This document shows positions 60,905 through 64,000 of a stretch of 64,000 bases of DNA, one piece after another. This stretch comes from an uncultured Muribaculaceae bacterium (GTDB lineage Bacteria; Bacillota_I; Bacilli_A; RF39; UBA660), in contig CAZLKF010000001.1 of NCBI GenBank assembly GCA_964560085.1, forward strand, positions 184,794 through 248,793, given 5' to 3'. The translations under genes and the position numbers were made by a program. Position 1 is the stretch's first letter, and each line of letters begins with the position of its first letter. A model generated the notes under the pieces. That model made no database searches, was not told the origin of the DNA, and saw only the letters and a list, made by a program, of their open reading frames with translations.

Positions 60905-62176
60905 CTATTCCTTGTATTCAAATTCAAGATCTAAAATGCGAACATTATCACCATCAACGGCACCTAATTCACGTAAACGATCATCAATTCCAAGTTTACG
61001 TAATTTACTAGCAAAGCGAATAATTGATTCTTCAGTTTGAAATTTAGTCATTTTTAAGATTTTTTCGACTTTTTCACCACTTATAACCCAAGTATTGCCT
61101 TCTCTATTAATTTCAAATGGTTTTTCTTCTTCAAATTTATATAAAATATGACTTTCAAATTTTTCTTCTTCATATAATGGCTCTTTTTTTATTTCATCCA
61201 AAATGTCAGCCATACGATATAGGACTTCATTTATTCCTTCTTTAGTTACTGCTGAAATTGGAAAAACTTCAACATCGACTTTTTCTTTAAACTTTTCCAA
61301 ATTTTCTACTGCCCCAGGAATATCCATTTTATTAGCAATAACAATTTGTTTTTTATTCATCAAATTCGTCTTAAAATTAGCTAATTCTTTATTGATTACA
61401 CAATAATCTTCATATGGATCTCGACCTTCAAATGATCCCATATCGATAATATGAGCAATTAGACGTGTTCTTTCAATGTGTTTTAAAAATTGATCACCTA
61501 AACCTTCACCTAAAGAAGCTCCTTCAATTAAACCGGGTAAATCGGCAACAACAAATGAGCGATTATCCGGTGTTCTTACGACACCTAGATTTGGTGATAA
61601 AGTTGTAAAATGATATTCTGCTATTTTAGGCTTTGATGCTGATATTTGGGAAATAAATGTTGATTTCCCAACACTTGGCAAACCAACTAGTCCAACATCA
61701 GCTAAAAGTTTAAGTTCAACTTTTACCTTCCTTATTTCACCTGGTTCTCCGTTCTCAGCATAACTAGGACACAAGTTATTACGGGTTGCCAAAGCCATAT
61801 TACCTTTACCACCACGACCACCATTAGCAACTATTACTTCTTCTCCATTTTTGGTTAAATCACCAAGAATTAAATTTGTTTCTTGATCTGTAATAATTGT
61901 TCCAACTGGAACTTTAACGATAACATCAGTAGCACTCCTACCTGTCATACCTTTACCAAGTCCATTTTCGCCTTTATCGCCTTTAATGACACGACGATAT
62001 CTTAAATCGATTAAAGTATTTAACCCTTCATCAGCCTTAAAAATAATGTTACTACCACGACCGCCATTGCCACCAAATGGTCCACCCATTTCAATATATT
62101 TTTCACGATGATAGGCCATACAACCATTACCACCATTGCCGGCTTGTAATTCAACTACTACTTCATCTAGAAACAT
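60905..62176 (-). CDS. obg: GTPase Obg/CgtA
   Basis: Obg fold glycine-rich N-terminus (GNGGNGCMAYHREKY...GGPFGGNGGRGSNI); G domain GLPSVGKST; C-terminal OCT domain. Start MFLDE at 62176 with a GAGGTG RBS. Confidence 0.95.
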   Translation of the reverse strand: MFLDEVVVELQAGNGGNGCMAYHREKYIEMGGPFGGNGGRGSNIIFKADEGLNTLIDLRYRRVIKGDKGENGLGKGMTGRSATDVIVKVPVGTIITDQETNLILGDLTKNGEEVIVANGGRGGKGNMALATRNNLCPSYAENGEPGEIRKVKVELKLLADVGLVGLPSVGKSTFISQISASKPKIAEYHFTTLSPNLGVVRTPDNRSFVVADLPGLIEGASLGEGLGDQFLKHIERTRLIAHIIDMGSFEGRDPYEDYCVINKELANFKTNLMNKKQIVIANKMDIPGAVENLEKFKEKVDVEVFPISAVTKEGINEVLYRMADILDEIKKEPLYEEEKFESHILYKFEEEKPFEINREGNTWVISGEKVEKILKMTKFQTEESIIRFASKLRKLGIDDRLRELGAVDGDNVRILDLEFEYKE

Positions 62177-62220
62177 ATTATTCACCTCGGCATCAATTAT
62201 ATACTATTTTTGGTGCTTTG

Positions 62221-62250
62221 TAAAATAAAAGAAGTGAATTTTTCACTTCT
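62221..62250 (-). terminator. Rho-independent terminator
   Basis: GAAGTGAA-TTT-TTCACTTC hairpin with a minus-strand T-run. Confidence 0.45.
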
Positions 62251-62431
62251 TCTTATTTCCTTTCATTGTAACAAATACTAATATTACGATAACGACTACT
62301 AGACCTGTAATAATGTAATTTAAATTGTTAGATGTCGTTGTTGTTGTTGCTATTGCTTTCGATATAATAGCAAGCATATTCATACATGAACTCAAAGCCA
62401 TGTTTATATCAATATTAGTTATTAAATCCAT
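62243..62431 (-). CDS. Small membrane peptide (62 aa), hypothetical
   Basis: Thr-run, then C-terminal TM IITGLVVVIVILVFV, then KGNKKK; downstream of the CPBP gene. Confidence 0.3.
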   Translation of the reverse strand: MDLITNIDINMALSSCMNMLAIISKAIATTTTTSNNLNYIITGLVVVIVILVFVTMKGNKKK

Positions 62432-62448
62432 GTATGTTTTCCCCCTTC

Positions 62449-63147
62449 TTAGGATAGTAATGTTACAAATGCATTATAGACAGCTTTTATACCGATTGGT
62501 ACATACAAGTTATTTGTCTTATAAAATGCTAATGCTCTTATAAAAGCCAAAACAAAATAATATAGAGAACTCAATATTGTAGCTCCGGTAAAATTACCAG
62601 TATAAGCAATATTGTAATACCAAAAGAACAAAGCACTAACGAAAATAAACAACCATTTGTTATTAATAACATCTTTAAGCGTTTTTTCAAATACTATTTC
62701 TTCAACGATTGGGTAATAGATAATTGTCATGAAAGCAATTAATAATGGAAATGCTTCAAAGGACTCAAATAGAGACATATCATTGGCTGTTACTTGATCA
62801 ATATGTAAAATATTAATGACTACAGCATTTACTAAGATTACCACGATAACACTTAAAAATGCATATAAAATAATCGTAATTATTGATTTTTTTAAATTCT
62901 TTTTAAATTTAATAGCGTACTCTTTAAAATCTTTCCGATATATAAATATCAAAACGCCAATCAATAATAAATTTGATATGAGACCAAAAATTAAATCACC
63001 TGTTTTATCTAATTCCATCATTTTTTTTAACATATTAATTAATTGTGGCCACAAGAAATAAAAGGCAATTACAATTACACTTAAAATTAATCTGTTATCA
63101 AATCGATTATTTCTTCTTGTAGTATTAGTTCTTTTTACTCTTTCCAT
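62449..63147 (-). CDS. CPBP-family (CAAX-like) intramembrane protease / Abi-type membrane protein
   Basis: 232 aa with 6-7 TM helices; EEIVFEK (EExxxR-like motif 1). Own promoter TTGATA-17-TATACT at about 63160-63190. Confidence 0.45.
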   Translation of the reverse strand: MERVKRTNTTRRNNRFDNRLILSVIVIAFYFLWPQLINMLKKMMELDKTGDLIFGLISNLLLIGVLIFIYRKDFKEYAIKFKKNLKKSIITIILYAFLSVIVVILVNAVVINILHIDQVTANDMSLFESFEAFPLLIAFMTIIYYPIVEEIVFEKTLKDVINNKWLFIFVSALFFWYYNIAYTGNFTGATILSSLYYFVLAFIRALAFYKTNNLYVPIGIKAVYNAFVTLLS

Positions 63148-63227
63148 ACACTCACCTACTATAATTAGTATAGCAAATTATAAAATTTTATCAAGAATTT
63201 TTTATTTTTCTTTACATTATTATGCAC

Positions 63228-63265
63228 AAAAAAGAGATTCATAAATAAGTGAATCTCTTTTTTTG
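63228..63265 (-). terminator. Rho-independent terminator immediately after micro-ORF
   Basis: AAAGAGATTCA-TAAATAAG-TGAATCTCTTT with flanking T-runs on both strands. Confidence 0.55.
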
Positions 63266-63273
63266 GATTTAAA

Positions 63274-63315
63274 TTAGCCCCATCCTAATAGTCTTCTTAA
63301 CCAGCTCATCTTCAT
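63274..63315 (-). CDS. Micro-ORF MKMSWLRRLLGWG (11 aa if started at second ATG 63309)
   Basis: Minus strand: extended -10 TGCTATAAT (63345-63353), RBS GAGAGGAGG, ATG AAG ATG AGC TGG TTA AGA AGA CTA TTA GGA TGG GGC TAA, terminator 10 nt later. Not in the ORF track. Confidence 0.25.
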   Translation of the reverse strand: MKMSWLRRLLGWG

Positions 63316-63390
63316 TCCTCCTCTCAATACTACCTTACACATACATTATAGCATAAAAGAATGCAAATATCACAATTATTTTTAAATGTG

Positions 63391-63426
63391 TAAAGTACAA
63401 AAAAAATGCATTTTAAAACAATGCAT
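63391..63426 (-). terminator. Rho-independent terminator of prp-rpmA
   Basis: AAAATGCATTTT-AAAAC-AATGCATTTT hairpin followed on the minus strand by TTTTTTTG. Confidence 0.5.
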
Positions 63427-63427
63427 T

Positions 63428-63718
63428 TTAGATAACTGGGTATACACTTACTTGTTTACGATCTTTACCAAGACGTTCAAATTTTACAACTCCTGGGACC
63501 TTAGCATAAACAGTATCATCACTACCGATACCAACATTTTTACCAGGATAAATTTTTGTCCCGCGTTGACGATATAATATAGCACCACCTGTGACAGTTT
63601 CACCATCAGCAGCTTTAGCACCTAATCTTTTTGATTCAGAATCACGACCGTTCTTAGTAGAACCCTGTCCTTTTTTATGAGCCAATAATTGAATATTCAA
63701 TTGCATTAGATTCATCAT
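63428..63718 (-). CDS. rpmA: 50S ribosomal protein L27 (with N-terminal propeptide)
   Basis: [13 protein letters not shown] | [22 protein letters not shown]... The Firmicute-type N-terminal extension is cleaved by Prp; ATGA overlap with the prp stop. Confidence 0.95.
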   Translation of the reverse strand: MMNLMQLNIQLLAHKKGQGSTKNGRDSESKRLGAKAADGETVTGGAILYRQRGTKIYPGKNVGIGSDDTVYAKVPGVVKFERLGKDRKQVSVYPVI

Positions 63719-64000
63719 GGACGCACCTCCTCATTTATTTCTATAAATTTCTTATATTCATTAGCTAATTCTTTTAATAATTCGGTCATATTTAGCAATA
63801 AAGTATCAACTGTTTCATTATGTTTCAAAATATTTATTTCAATAAATCCTTCAGTTGCTTTAAAATCAATTGCTTGATTATCAAATCTAATAATGGCATT
63901 GATAGAAGTTGTCGCGATACTTGTTACACTAGCACAGACAATATCTTTGCCAAATTCTGCATAATCAGCATGACCTTTAATAGTAATTTGATTTTTACTT
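63716..64000 (-). CDS. prp: Ribosomal-processing cysteine protease Prp (YsxB/DUF464), 5'-truncated by window edge
   Basis: Minus-strand translation ...[32 protein letters not shown]... contains the GHA...G.D.VCA catalytic His/Cys dyad; ends in TGA overlapping the rpmA start. Confidence 0.75.

Overview
This is an AT-rich (~28-30% GC) window from a low-GC Gram-positive bacterium, most likely an Erysipelotrichia/Clostridia-like gut Firmicute. The standard genetic code appears to be in use, because long uninterrupted ORFs of up to 1008 aa would be implausible under code 4, and peptidoglycan genes murF and femAB are present. Almost everything lies on the minus strand. About two thirds is conserved housekeeping: tgt, murF, tkt, lexA, the rlmN-stp-prkC-rsgA-rpe block, gmk, topA, the rpsL-rpsG-fusA-tuf str operon, clpC, hsp20, trxA, cvpA, rnhC, obg, and prp-rpmA. 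These are interleaved with accessory surface and envelope modules. The most notable features are: (1) two separate two-gene modules, each pairing a dockerin-bearing secreted protein (a C1 cysteine peptidase with Big_2 repeats, and a BspA-type LRR protein) with a downstream membrane-anchored cohesin-like plus cadherin-like 'mini-scaffoldin'; (2) a pair of tandem type-II membrane-anchored Ig-like paralogs whose 5' ~0.8 kb are near-identical at DNA level (gene conversion) while their C-terminal domains diverge; (3) a 48-aa single-pass membrane peptide divergent from lexA whose promoter has a Cheo-type LexA box between -35 and -10, a candidate SOS cell-division inhibitor; (4) a free-standing 11-13 codon micro-ORF with its own promoter, RBS and terminator between rpmA and a CPBP protease; (5) an ECF sigma / anti-sigma / lipoprotein cassette directly upstream of an MBOAT + DHHW O-acyltransferase pair; (6) an orphan Flp-type (G/xxxxEY) pilin gene. 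No rRNA, tRNA, CRISPR, transposase or integrase was recognised.
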